Below, one piece after another: positions 10,746-20,632 of a stretch of DNA of 64,000 nt (position 1 is its first letter; each line of letters opens with the position of its first letter). The notes under the pieces were generated by a model. That model was not told the DNA's origin, searched no databases, and saw only the letters and a list, made by a program, of their open reading frames with translations. The position numbers were made by a program, and so were the translations under genes. Where the stretch lies: contig CBDEUS010000001.1 in assembly GCA_965243395.1 (NCBI GenBank), positions 576,001 to 640,000 of the forward strand. Reading direction: 5' to 3'. Origin of the DNA: Gammaproteobacteria bacterium. Lineage in GTDB: Bacteria; Pseudomonadota; Gammaproteobacteria; UBA4575.

Positions 10746-12626
10746 ATGGATACATTTCCTAGTCTTTTTTCACAACAAATCAGGACACGACCAAACGACC
10801 CATCGATTCGTTATAAGCGATATGGATTATGGAAAACGTGGAGTTGGGGAGAAGTTGGTGAAAACGTAGAAAGTTTTGCATGTGGTTTAGCGTCCCACGG
10901 TCTCAAGCCAAATGAAAACGTAGCAATAATTGGTAACAACATTCCTCAACTATATTTCGGAATGCTTGCAGTGCAATGTTTAGGTGCAGTTCCGGTACCT
11001 ATTCACCCAGATTCAAATGCTGAAGAGCTTGTTTATGCGTTAAACAAATGTGGAGCGAAATTGGCTTTAGTGCAAGATCAGCAACAAGTAGATGGATGCT
11101 ATGAGATAAAAGATCAATGCCCCAGTTTTGAACAAATGATTTATTGTGATGGACGTGGGATGCAAGAGTACCAATCCTCACGTTTGCATAAAGTAGAGGA
11201 TGTGCAAGAAGCTGGAAGAAAATTTGCGAGTGAGCATCCAACGTTTTTAGATGATATTCGTGATAAAACTTCACACGATTCTAGTGCTTTTATTCTATTT
11301 ACGGCAGGTACTACTGATAAACCACGTGGTGTCATTCATACACATGAAAGTTTAATTGGTACGGCTACAGCCTTTGCAGATCAAGAAAAAATTCAGCAGG
11401 ATGATGAATCATTAGCCTTTATGCCTCTCTCTTATGCAGCAAATATTTTATTTACTTATTCGCTTTGGTTGTTGAAAGGCCTCACAATCAGTTGTCCTGA
11501 GAACAATGAAACGGTGATGGTAGATTTTCGTGAAATTGGACCAACCATTGCATATGCACCGCCTCATTTTTATAAACAACTTTATTCTGAAATTACTGCA
11601 AGAGCACAACGGTCTAACGCTAAGTCCTTTGATAAGTGGTTTGGGTATGCGCGTAAATCCCGTGAAAAAGTATTAGATGGTGGTCAACAAAGTGGCGGCT
11701 TGAATTCGCTACAAGCAAATTTATTGATGTTTGCACCTCTCAAAAATGTATATGGCTTATCTAAACTCCGCCAAGCTTATACAGGTGGAGATGTTATCAG
11801 TAGTGAGGTGTTTAACTTTTTCCGTGGAATTGGCGTTAATCTAAAAAAATGTTACGGAACCACTGAAAGTGCGGGTTTCATTTGTGTACAAAATACTGCA
11901 CAGGCTGATTCACGGTCTGGTGAAAATAGTATGGGTGTTCCATTGTCAGGTGTAGAAGTAAAAGAGCTTGAAGATGGTGAACTGGCTTTTAAAGGAGTAA
12001 ATACTTTTAAAGAATACATAAATGATCCTGCTGCCACATCAGCTGTCAGAACTGCTGACGGATGGGTTCGCACAGGTGATGTTGGTGAAGTCGATAGTAA
12101 TGGTGTCGTAAAAGTAACAGATAGAACTGATTCTGTCGGCAAATTCACATCCGGCAGTTTATTTGCACCACACCGTATTGAAAGCGAGTTGAAATCATCC
12201 CCTTACATTAAAGAAGCGGTTGCACTAGGTGAAGGTCAAGAATCTATAGCGACATTTATTGTAATAGATGATATTACGGTTGGAAGCTGGGCAGAAGCAA
12301 ACAATATACGCTTTACAGGCTATGCAGATCTAGCAACTAAAGACGAAGTATATAATCTCGTCAAAGAGCATGTTGATAGTGTTAATGCAAAAATAAAAGA
12401 TATATGTGGTGATGCATGCCCACCAATTTCTCGTTTTTTGCTTATGCATCGCGAATTCAATGTTGATTCTGGTGAAGTCACGCGATCGCATAAAATTAGA
12501 CGTGATGTAGTTATGGGTCGTCATCAAACTCTTGTAGATGCGTTGTATTCATCGCAACAAAAAGTTGAATTAAGAGATGATGCAAGTGGAGAAACCATTG
12601 CAGAATTAAAACTAGAATCTGCGTAA
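10746..12626 (+). CDS. Long-chain acyl-CoA synthetase-like AMP-binding protein
   Basis: FTAGTTDKPRG (divergent P-loop), YGTTE, WVRTGDVG and C-terminal KIRR. Typical partner of the adjacent Liv-type ABC system. Confidence 0.82.
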   Translation: MDTFPSLFSQQIRTRPNDPSIRYKRYGLWKTWSWGEVGENVESFACGLASHGLKPNENVAIIGNNIPQLYFGMLAVQCLGAVPVPIHPDSNAEELVYALNKCGAKLALVQDQQQVDGCYEIKDQCPSFEQMIYCDGRGMQEYQSSRLHKVEDVQEAGRKFASEHPTFLDDIRDKTSHDSSAFILFTAGTTDKPRGVIHTHESLIGTATAFADQEKIQQDDESLAFMPLSYAANILFTYSLWLLKGLTISCPENNETVMVDFREIGPTIAYAPPHFYKQLYSEITARAQRSNAKSFDKWFGYARKSREKVLDGGQQSGGLNSLQANLLMFAPLKNVYGLSKLRQAYTGGDVISSEVFNFFRGIGVNLKKCYGTTESAGFICVQNTAQADSRSGENSMGVPLSGVEVKELEDGELAFKGVNTFKEYINDPAATSAVRTADGWVRTGDVGEVDSNGVVKVTDRTDSVGKFTSGSLFAPHRIESELKSSPYIKEAVALGEGQESIATFIVIDDITVGSWAEANNIRFTGYADLATKDEVYNLVKEHVDSVNAKIKDICGDACPPISRFLLMHREFNVDSGEVTRSHKIRRDVVMGRHQTLVDALYSSQQKVELRDDASGETIAELKLESA

Positions 12627-12677
12627 ATTTGAATTAAAGAATTATAGAAACTGAAAAGAAGCAAGTGAGAACAATAA

Positions 12678-13466
12678 GTGAGTAATGGAGCGAACGGCAA
12701 AGAGCCACATATGATAATCGAGAACATCGATTTGGCTTTTGGTGGCACAAAGGCGATTACAGATATTAGTTTTACTGTATACAAAGGAGAAATTTGTGCA
12801 GTGATCGGTCCAAATGGAGCAGGGAAAAGCTCAATGTTGAATGTTATTAATGGTGTTTACATTCCCCAGCAAGGCTCAATCACATTTGAGGGTAAAAAGT
12901 TTAGAAAAATGAAGCCTCACTCAGCTGCGGTAATGGGGATTGGACGAACTTTCCAAAACATTGCTCTGTTTTCAGGCATGAGTGTGGTTGAAAACATCAT
13001 GACTGGCCGGAACTTGATGATGAGATCTACCTGGGTTGAAAATGCATTGGGTATTGGCAGATGTAAGCGAGAAGAGCTCGAACATAGAGAAGCATGTGAA
13101 GAAATTATTGAATTTTTAGGTTTGCAGTCCATACGTAAAACTCAAGTGTCTGCATTGTCCTATGGTTTGCAAAAACGAGTTGAACTTGGTCGTGCTTTAG
13201 CTGCAGAGCCCAAAATGTTATTACTTGATGAACCTATTGCCGGTATGAATATAGATGAAAAATTAGATATGGCATGTTTCATACAAGAAGTTAACTATAA
13301 TCGTGGTACAACAATTGTTTTAATTGAGCATGATATGGGTGTGGTGATGGATATTTCTGATCACGTTGTCGTAATGGACTATGGCGCAAAAATTGGTGAT
13401 GGCACACCTGAAGAAGTGAAGAATGATCAAAAAGTGATTGATGCTTACTTAGGCGTAAGTCACTAA
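12678..13466 (+). CDS. Liv-type ABC transporter ATP-binding protein (LivG-like)
   Basis: GPNGAGKS, RTFQN, LSYGLQKRVE, LLLDEP, IEHDM. Confidence 0.9.
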   Translation: MSNGANGKEPHMIIENIDLAFGGTKAITDISFTVYKGEICAVIGPNGAGKSSMLNVINGVYIPQQGSITFEGKKFRKMKPHSAAVMGIGRTFQNIALFSGMSVVENIMTGRNLMMRSTWVENALGIGRCKREELEHREACEEIIEFLGLQSIRKTQVSALSYGLQKRVELGRALAAEPKMLLLDEPIAGMNIDEKLDMACFIQEVNYNRGTTIVLIEHDMGVVMDISDHVVVMDYGAKIGDGTPEEVKNDQKVIDAYLGVSH

Positions 13467-13490
13467 ATGCGAATGCGGAGGAGTTTTTAA

Positions 13491-14489
13491 GTGGAAGTAT
13501 TGACAAATATTTTATCTCAGCTCGCACTGATCTTTTCTACAGACGCGATAGGAGGCATGTTCACTCCGTTTGGTATGGAGACCCTAATTGCTGGAATGCT
13601 ATCCGGCATAATGTATTCACTGGTTGGAATTGGATTCGTACTCATCTATAAATCTTCTGGCGTATTCAATTTTGCCCAGGGCACTATGCTGTTATTCGCT
13701 GCATTAACCTATGTGAGTTTGACTGAACGCCAAGTTAACCCAGTGATGGCTTTTGCAATTACAACTGTGGTGATGATCATCATGGGTATTATCATTGAGC
13801 GGACTGTGATGAGGCCGTTGGCTAACCAAGATTTGCTTTCATTGTTTATGGCAACGGTGGGCCTAAATTATTTCCTGGAAGGGCTGGCGCAAGGCACATG
13901 GGATTCTGCCGTGCATGGGTTAGATCTTGGTATACCTAGTGACCCTATTTTTGTTGCAGATGTTGCAAAAGAGTCATTTGGTTGGGAAAGTCCATGGTTT
14001 GATATTTTAGTGAGCAAGTTTGACGGTTTTGCTGCTTTGACCGCTTTGGTTATGGTGGGTGGTCTCTATGCATTTTTCCAATATACACGCACTGGTTTGT
14101 CGTTACGTGCGGTATCTGATGATCACATGGCAGCTCAAGCTGTGGGAATTCCTTTATCAAAAATTTGGGCGATCGTGTGGGCGGTTACCGGTGTGATCAC
14201 ATTTATCGTAGGCATGATTTGGGCGGATCGCCTAAGCGTATCATTTACCTTAACCTGGGCTGTACTGAAAGGTTTACCGGTGATTCTTATCGGTGGTTTG
14301 ACCTCTATTCCAGGATGTATTGTTGGTGGGTTAATTATTGGTGCAAGTGAAAAACTAGGGGAAATTTATTTTGCAGAATTGTTTGGCGGACAAGGAATTG
14401 AACACTGGTGGGCGTATTTAACTGCGCTTGTGTTTATTTTAATTCGACCAACAGGAATATTTGGCGAACGCGAAATTGAACGTGTTTAG
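13491..14489 (+). CDS. Liv-type ABC permease (LivH-like)
   Basis: YSLVGIGFVLIY..SGVFNFAQG, TRTG..LRAV, RPTGIFG motifs, multiple TM helices. Confidence 0.88.
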   Translation: MEVLTNILSQLALIFSTDAIGGMFTPFGMETLIAGMLSGIMYSLVGIGFVLIYKSSGVFNFAQGTMLLFAALTYVSLTERQVNPVMAFAITTVVMIIMGIIIERTVMRPLANQDLLSLFMATVGLNYFLEGLAQGTWDSAVHGLDLGIPSDPIFVADVAKESFGWESPWFDILVSKFDGFAALTALVMVGGLYAFFQYTRTGLSLRAVSDDHMAAQAVGIPLSKIWAIVWAVTGVITFIVGMIWADRLSVSFTLTWAVLKGLPVILIGGLTSIPGCIVGGLIIGASEKLGEIYFAELFGGQGIEHWWAYLTALVFILIRPTGIFGEREIERV

Positions 14490-14528
14490 TATAAGAATAA
14501 TATAAAGAAAACTAACTAGAGAAAGTTA

Positions 14529-15641
14529 ATGTATTACCGAGAGACAGGACAAAACGTCAGCACCTATGCTGAAGACCGTCGCATGGTACCAGTGCGAGAA
14601 GATCGCTGGATCATGTGGGCGTTTTTAGCATTTATGTTTTTTGTTGTGCCATTTTGGGCCAATGACTATTGGTTTAGTGCAATTTTAATTCCAATGATGG
14701 TGTTGGGAATTGCAACCTTAGGATTAAATATTGCAACCGGTTATACAGGGCAATTGTCATTAGGCAGTGCTGGCTTTATGTGTTTTGGTGCATTTACAGC
14801 ATTCAACTTGTTGTTCCGCGTAGAGTGGATGAACATTTGGTTAGCATTTTTATGTGCAGGTATCGTTGCTGGTTTGGTTGGTATTATTTTTGGTTTACCT
14901 AGTTTGCGAATTAAAGGATTTTACTTACTCGTATCAACATTATGTGCACAGTTCTTTGCTGAATGGTTCTTCAATGCTTATCCATGGTTTTTAAACTATA
15001 CAAGCTCAGGTGTTGTAGCACTGCCGCCATTTCACTACAGATTTTTACCCTTCCAAGATCAGATATTTGATTTTTTTGGACTTGAAAAAGATTACAACGC
15101 TTATGTATGGAGATACTTAATCGCCCTCATTGTGACGGTACTGCTTACTGTTGCTTGTAAAAATATGATTCGCAGTTCCACTGGTCGAAATTGGATGGCG
15201 GTACGAGACATGGATATCGCTGCAAAAGTTATTGGAATTCCAGTCGGTAAAACAAAACTTAATGCATTTTTTGTAAGCTGTTTTTATACCGGAATTGCTG
15301 GTGCGATGTATTCATACTGCTACATCGGCAATCTCGACTTCATGATTTATAACTTAAGAAGATCATTCTTAATTATGTTTATGCTCATCTTGGGTGGCCT
15401 AGGTTCAATCTTAGGCTCATTCCTAGGGGCAATATTCGTATATGGATGGCCTATTGTAGTGACACGATTCGGTGATGCTGTGTTTGGCGGGGGATCTTTA
15501 GATACTGCATTTGTGGAAAATAATTCAAAAATTATTGTTGGAACGATTATTGTTTTATTGCTTATTTATGAGCCAATGGGTTTTGCGGGGCTCTGGAATT
15601 CAATTAAACATCGTTTAAGAATTTGGCCGTTTAAAACATAA
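14529..15641 (+). CDS. Liv-type ABC permease (LivM-like)
   Basis: GLNIATGYTGQLSLG, LRIKGFY, GR.W.AVRD and LGGLGS motifs. Confidence 0.88.
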   Translation: MYYRETGQNVSTYAEDRRMVPVREDRWIMWAFLAFMFFVVPFWANDYWFSAILIPMMVLGIATLGLNIATGYTGQLSLGSAGFMCFGAFTAFNLLFRVEWMNIWLAFLCAGIVAGLVGIIFGLPSLRIKGFYLLVSTLCAQFFAEWFFNAYPWFLNYTSSGVVALPPFHYRFLPFQDQIFDFFGLEKDYNAYVWRYLIALIVTVLLTVACKNMIRSSTGRNWMAVRDMDIAAKVIGIPVGKTKLNAFFVSCFYTGIAGAMYSYCYIGNLDFMIYNLRRSFLIMFMLILGGLGSILGSFLGAIFVYGWPIVVTRFGDAVFGGGSLDTAFVENNSKIIVGTIIVLLLIYEPMGFAGLWNSIKHRLRIWPFKT

Positions 15642-15753
15642 TTAATAAAATTTTTTGTATTTGTTTATATAAATAATTTAAACAAGTATGAGAAAGTAAG
15701 TAGCTTGCGCAAGCTATTTTTTAACAAAAAAAACTTCCTTTGGAGGAGTACAC

Positions 15754-17103
15754 ATGAAGAAAAAACTATTAACGTTAGTAGTGGCATTAGGATCGATGCT
15801 AGCGGTGAGTACGGCGGTACAAGCCGAAGAGACCATGTACGTACCGATTCCAAGTTATCGCGTAGGACCATACGCGGCAGGTGGAACGGGTTATTTTGGT
15901 GGCATCCTAGACTACTACAACCTACTTAATGAAAGAGATGGCGGCGTCAATGGCGTGAAGCTGATCTGGTCAGAGTGCGAGACTGAGTATTCAGTGGAGC
16001 GCGGAGTAGAGTGCTACAAGCGATTAAAAGATCGTGAAGGTGGTGCGGTATTCTTTGACCCATTATCAGTAGGTATCTCAACTGCATTGATTGAGACCGG
16101 ACGTAAAGACAAGATGCCCATTATTGCGGTGAACCACGGTAAGACCGCGGGACAGCGTGGCGACATCTTCCCTTACTACTTTATGCCTGGCATCAACACC
16201 TATGACGAGCACTCTATTATGGTGCACTTCATTGGTGACGTATTAGAAGGCGGACGTGACAACCTGAAAGGCAAGAAAATTGCCATGCTTTATCACGGAT
16301 CTCCATACGGTCGTGAAGCGATCGACTTTATGGACAGCATGTGCGAGAAGCACGGTTGTACGCATCACCCTCTAGAAGTACCTCACCCAGGTAACGAACA
16401 ACAATCTCAATGGTTGAACATTCGTAAACTTAAGCCTGACTATGTACTACTCAGAGGCTGGGGTGTAATGAACCCAGTAGCGATGCAGACTGCGGTACGT
16501 ACCGGTTATCCAGTAAGCCGTCTAATCGGCAACATCTGGTCTAACTCAGACGAAGACGTGATTCCAGCAGGTAAAGCGGCAGATGGTTATCAAGCGATTA
16601 CCACCCACCCTGCAGGCACCGACTTCGCAGTCGTACAAGAAATCATCAAGACTGTATATGGCGCTGGAAACGGAGACCTACAAGATAAGTCACGTTTAGG
16701 CTCTGTGTACTGGAACCTTGGCGTATTAGCGGGTGTGGTACACACTGAAGCGCTACGCATTGCCCAAGCACGTTTTGGCAACCGTCCATTGACTTCAGCG
16801 GAAGCACGCTGGGGCTTTGAGAACCTACGTTTAGATGCGGCACGCATTGAAGAGCTAGGCGCAACCGGTCTTGTACCTGAGTTGAACCTTACCTGCTTAG
16901 ACCACGTAGGCGGTCACCTTGCGAAATTCCAGCAATGGGATGCCGGCAAGCGTCAGTGGAACATCGTATCGGATTGGATTGAAGGTGACGTACCGTTATC
17001 TCAAGCCATTATTGATGCGGGTGCCGAGCAGTATGCTGCGGACAACCAGATTGAGGCACGTCCTTGCACTGCTGACAACAATGATGATGATTTTGACTTA
17101 TAG
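15754..17103 (+). CDS. Liv-type ABC substrate-binding protein
   Basis: Signal peptide, YRVGPYA, N..DGGVNGVKL, ECETEY and GWGVMN motifs. Strong SD GGAGGAG. Confidence 0.88.
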   Translation: MKKKLLTLVVALGSMLAVSTAVQAEETMYVPIPSYRVGPYAAGGTGYFGGILDYYNLLNERDGGVNGVKLIWSECETEYSVERGVECYKRLKDREGGAVFFDPLSVGISTALIETGRKDKMPIIAVNHGKTAGQRGDIFPYYFMPGINTYDEHSIMVHFIGDVLEGGRDNLKGKKIAMLYHGSPYGREAIDFMDSMCEKHGCTHHPLEVPHPGNEQQSQWLNIRKLKPDYVLLRGWGVMNPVAMQTAVRTGYPVSRLIGNIWSNSDEDVIPAGKAADGYQAITTHPAGTDFAVVQEIIKTVYGAGNGDLQDKSRLGSVYWNLGVLAGVVHTEALRIAQARFGNRPLTSAEARWGFENLRLDAARIEELGATGLVPELNLTCLDHVGGHLAKFQQWDAGKRQWNIVSDWIEGDVPLSQAIIDAGAEQYAADNQIEARPCTADNNDDDFDL

Positions 17104-17151
17104 GATGATCTATAAGATTTAAATATAAGTTATAAATCGCTTATTTCTTCT

Positions 17152-17187
17152 CAACCGGCTAACATTTTTATTGTTGGCCGGTTGTTT
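17152..17187 (+). terminator. Stem-loop after the binding-protein gene (terminator or mRNA stabiliser)
   Basis: CAACCGGCTAACA / TGTTGGCCGGTTG inverted repeat followed by TTT. Confidence 0.65.
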
Positions 17188-17287
17188 GAAGAAAAATGTA
17201 GAAAAAATTAGAGTTAATTCTGATTTGTTATAGAGCTAAGATTTACAATAAATCAGAATTATCTTGTAAAAGATTTAGGGAAAAAAT

Positions 17288-18094
17288 ATGAGTGATACAC
17301 CATTACTATCTATCAATAACATTGAAGCAGTTTATGGCGGTGCTATTCTTGCGCTTCGTGGTGTTTCACTAAACGTGAATAAAGGCGAAGTCGTTTCTTT
17401 ACTTGGCGCAAATGGTGCGGGTAAAACAACTACTTTAAAAGCATGTTCACGTTTACTTGAAGCTGAGCGTGGAGAAGTAACCAAAGGCACTATTGAATTA
17501 AATGGAGAAGACATTTCAGAACTTAACGCTTTTGAAATGGTGAAAAATGGTGTTGTACAGGTATTGGAAGGTCGACATATCTTTGCGCATTTAAGTGTTG
17601 AAGAGAATTTAAAAACAGGTTCATTTATTCAAAACATGAGTAAGGCTGAACAACAAAGAGGTCTTGACCATGTTTATGAACTGTTTCCACGCATTAAAGA
17701 GCGCCGTAAAAACCCAGGTGGTTTATGTTCAGGTGGTGAGCAGCAGATGATAGCCGTGGGCCGCGCTTTAATGTCTAAGCCAAGTCTTATTCTTTTAGAC
17801 GAACCTTCAATGGGTCTTGCACCGCAATTCATTGAACAAATCTTTGAGATTGTTAAACGTTTAAATGAAGAAGAAGGCGTAAGTTTCTTGGTTTCCGAAC
17901 AAAATGCGATGGTTGCCCTACGTTATGCATCGATTGGCTACGTAATTGAAAATGGTCGTGTAGTAAAGAAAGGCTTAGCTAAAGAGTTACTCGAATCCTC
18001 GGACGTAGCAGAAATGTACTTAGGCGGCGGTAAGGATGCGGTTTCGTTTGATGGAGTGAAGTACTATCATCGACGACGTCCTTGCATGGTTTAA
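17288..18094 (+). CDS. Liv-type ABC transporter ATP-binding protein (LivF-like)
   Basis: GANGAGKTT, SGGEQQM, LLDEPSMGLAP, EQN. Confidence 0.9.
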   Translation: MSDTPLLSINNIEAVYGGAILALRGVSLNVNKGEVVSLLGANGAGKTTTLKACSRLLEAERGEVTKGTIELNGEDISELNAFEMVKNGVVQVLEGRHIFAHLSVEENLKTGSFIQNMSKAEQQRGLDHVYELFPRIKERRKNPGGLCSGGEQQMIAVGRALMSKPSLILLDEPSMGLAPQFIEQIFEIVKRLNEEEGVSFLVSEQNAMVALRYASIGYVIENGRVVKKGLAKELLESSDVAEMYLGGGKDAVSFDGVKYYHRRRPCMV

Positions 18095-18110
18095 TTGCAA
18101 GGAATAAATC

Positions 18111-18209
18111 TAATACGCTGACTCTTCGTTGCAGCCATTTTCTCGGTACTCATTTACAATCTGTAAACTCCGTTCCTCGAAAATAACTGCGCCTCAATTC
18201 AGCGCATTA
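18111..18209. repeat. Long imperfect palindrome (REP/MITE-like intergenic element)
   Basis: Nested inverted repeats: TAATaCGCTGA/TCAGCGcATTA, GCAG..ATTTTC/GAAAAT..CTGC and TTTACA/TGTAAA. Confidence 0.45.
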
Positions 18210-18454
18210 CCTATTATTCTTTAATAATTTAGATAAGCTGCTTCATTCCAAAACTTTTTCTGTTGCTAATGCACCAGCGCGTAACTGCGCTAATCAAAAG
18301 CTTTGCGCTTTTTTTCTCAGCATGTTTGCTGAATATCTTAAGAAATACGGAAAATGTATTCCGTTCTCACTCAGGCAAATAATAACTATTATATAAGCTA
18401 GCTAAAGCAATAAAATTTCTGTCGGGCAAAAGCGAGTTTTAATTAGATATAAGA

Positions 18455-18826
18455 CTATTTATCAATGCTCCATATGCCTGCGCCACGTGAAGCTATGTAC
18501 AAAAAGACAAAGCAATAAAGCGCGGCTAACACTCCGCCATTCTCAATTGGGAATAGACCGTACATACCATGCGCCATCCAATAAGCAACTGCCATTGTGC
18601 CACTGCAAATAAATGCAGCCGGGCGAGTAAATAGACCAATCATAACCAATACTCCACCCACTATTTCTATAGCAGCGGCACCACTTGTTAGGTTATTTAA
18701 TGGTCCATACGGATAATCATTTGGGAAGTTAAAAAACTTCTGGGTTCCATGCCATATAAATAAAAACCCAGTTACTATTCTTAAAATTGCATAAGTTTGC
18801 TCTTGAAAATTACTCATAAACTTCAT
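18455..18826 (-). CDS. DoxX family membrane protein
   Basis: LRIVTG.LF..HG.QK, EIVGG, GLFTR..AF, MAVAY and GAG.WSID motifs. Confidence 0.88.
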   Translation of the reverse strand: MKFMSNFQEQTYAILRIVTGFLFIWHGTQKFFNFPNDYPYGPLNNLTSGAAAIEIVGGVLVMIGLFTRPAAFICSGTMAVAYWMAHGMYGLFPIENGGVLAALYCFVFLYIASRGAGIWSIDK

Positions 18827-18900
18827 ATTTCAATCCTCCTGCATTTATTTGAGATTATTAATGAATATTGTATATTCTCTTTGTGTAGTTACCAGACATT

Positions 18901-19854
18901 TTAAGCAGCTTTTTCAAGTCTTGATAGCCAAACATTTAGGCCTGCAGCGTTGAGGCTTAAGTCGGGTTGTAGAAATTTTGTAAACTGTTCTATTTCTTCT
19001 TTTGAGTAATTAGACGCTAGTCTTTCTTGTAGATAGTTTTCTATATCTTCGCGTATCATTTTTTCTGAATCTTCTGCGTGAAGGTACTGTTTTGTAATTT
19101 CGGTATATCTAGCAATATCTTGTCTTAGTTCTTTAGCGAGGTTTAATACATCAGTAACACATCCATAATGAGTTAAGTAAATATTTTTGGGCTTATGAGC
19201 TAGAATTTTGTCGAGTGACTCATACCATGGCTCTGGTTCGAATTGAACAGGAGTTGTTGTAGGTAAAATAAAATCTACGTTATCTTTTTGCATTTCGCGA
19301 TACGATAATCCAAACGTATCGCCGCTAAAAATCCCATCGCTAGTTTTATCATACACACAAAAGTGATGACGGGCATGCCCAGGGGTATCAAGAAATTTTA
19401 ATACTCTATTTCCAAGTTCAATTTCATCATTATCTTTTGCAGTTACGACTCGTTGTTCATTGATTGGCATTACTTCGCCAAAATATTGATTAAACTTTTC
19501 TTGTCCGTAGACTGTAGTGGCGCCAGCAATCAGTTTTCCAGGGTTAATCATGTGTGGTGCGCCGCGTGGGTGTATCACCAGCTTTGCATTTGGCAATTCA
19601 CTCATGAGCAGGCCTGCGCCTCCTGCATGATCTAGATGTACATGAGTTGGGATAACATAATCAACATCTTTAATATTTACATTTTTAAGTTTTAATATTT
19701 CAAGCAAGTATGGAACGGTATGCCCCGTTCCAGTGTCGATAAATGCAGCATGACCATCTTGAATCATTAGATAACAAGCGGCATGTCCTGGATATAAGTA
19801 CATGGTATCGATACAAGTAATACCAAAACCATATTCATGCAAAATGGGTTTCAT
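18901..19854 (-). CDS. Metallo-beta-lactamase-fold hydrolase
   Basis: THVHLDHAGG, TPGHARHH, FSGD and LTHYG motifs. Confidence 0.88.
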   Translation of the reverse strand: MKPILHEYGFGITCIDTMYLYPGHAACYLMIQDGHAAFIDTGTGHTVPYLLEILKLKNVNIKDVDYVIPTHVHLDHAGGAGLLMSELPNAKLVIHPRGAPHMINPGKLIAGATTVYGQEKFNQYFGEVMPINEQRVVTAKDNDEIELGNRVLKFLDTPGHARHHFCVYDKTSDGIFSGDTFGLSYREMQKDNVDFILPTTTPVQFEPEPWYESLDKILAHKPKNIYLTHYGCVTDVLNLAKELRQDIARYTEITKQYLHAEDSEKMIREDIENYLQERLASNYSKEEIEQFTKFLQPDLSLNAAGLNVWLSRLEKAA

Positions 19855-19873
19855 AAAGATTCAAGTAAATAAT

Positions 19874-20356
19874 CTATTTGAGCAAGTCCGTTGCACTCAC
19901 GATAATCCCGTCTTCGTCAGCATATAAATAATGTCCGGGCACAAAATCTACATCTGCAAAATGTATGGTTAAATCTTTTTCACCAATACCTTTTTTGTCG
20001 GTTTTCATCGGTAGAGTTCCTAATGCTTTGCAGCCAATATTTATTGTCGCAATGACGCCAGAATCTCGAATACATCCGTTCACAACAATGCCAGACCAAC
20101 TATTATCCGCACCTGCTTGTGCAAGTAGATCACCAACTAGTGCGCGTCTTGTTGAGCCACCACCATCAATGACCAGCACTTTACCGTTTCCTGGTGATTT
20201 AAGCGCTTCGCGAACTAAACTATTATCTTCAAAACATTTAACGGTATAAATTTCTCCAGTAAATGAAATATTTCCGCCATAATCTTTGAATAGTGGTTGA
20301 GCGACGGAGATGTTTCCTTCATGCTCATCGCATAAATCTGCAGTTTTAAATTGCAT
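19874..20356 (-). CDS. rraA: RraA family protein (RNase E inhibitor / HMG-aldolase-like)
   Basis: TADLCD, KCFEDNS, VLVIDGGGS, GCIRDS and LYADEDG motifs. Confidence 0.9.
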   Translation of the reverse strand: MQFKTADLCDEHEGNISVAQPLFKDYGGNISFTGEIYTVKCFEDNSLVREALKSPGNGKVLVIDGGGSTRRALVGDLLAQAGADNSWSGIVVNGCIRDSGVIATINIGCKALGTLPMKTDKKGIGEKDLTIHFADVDFVPGHYLYADEDGIIVSATDLLK

Positions 20357-20632
20357 GCTTTATTTCCTTAATTACTATTAGATGAAAAATTGTTTTGGTC
20401 TAACCGGTGCACCTAGTCTAAATATACCCCATGATAGATAGCAAGGTCGCATTTGAGACGTTCTCAAATAAGAAACTTATTTACCCATTCACGACTTGCA
20501 TGACCTATCTCCCAAAATTAATGGTCAGTCTAAATTAGGATCTGTTAATATACACGGCCCGATATTATCTGGACTTATTTCCGGGGCTGTAAATTAAAAT
20601 ATTCACATAGGGGTTTTTTTAAGGAGAGGATT

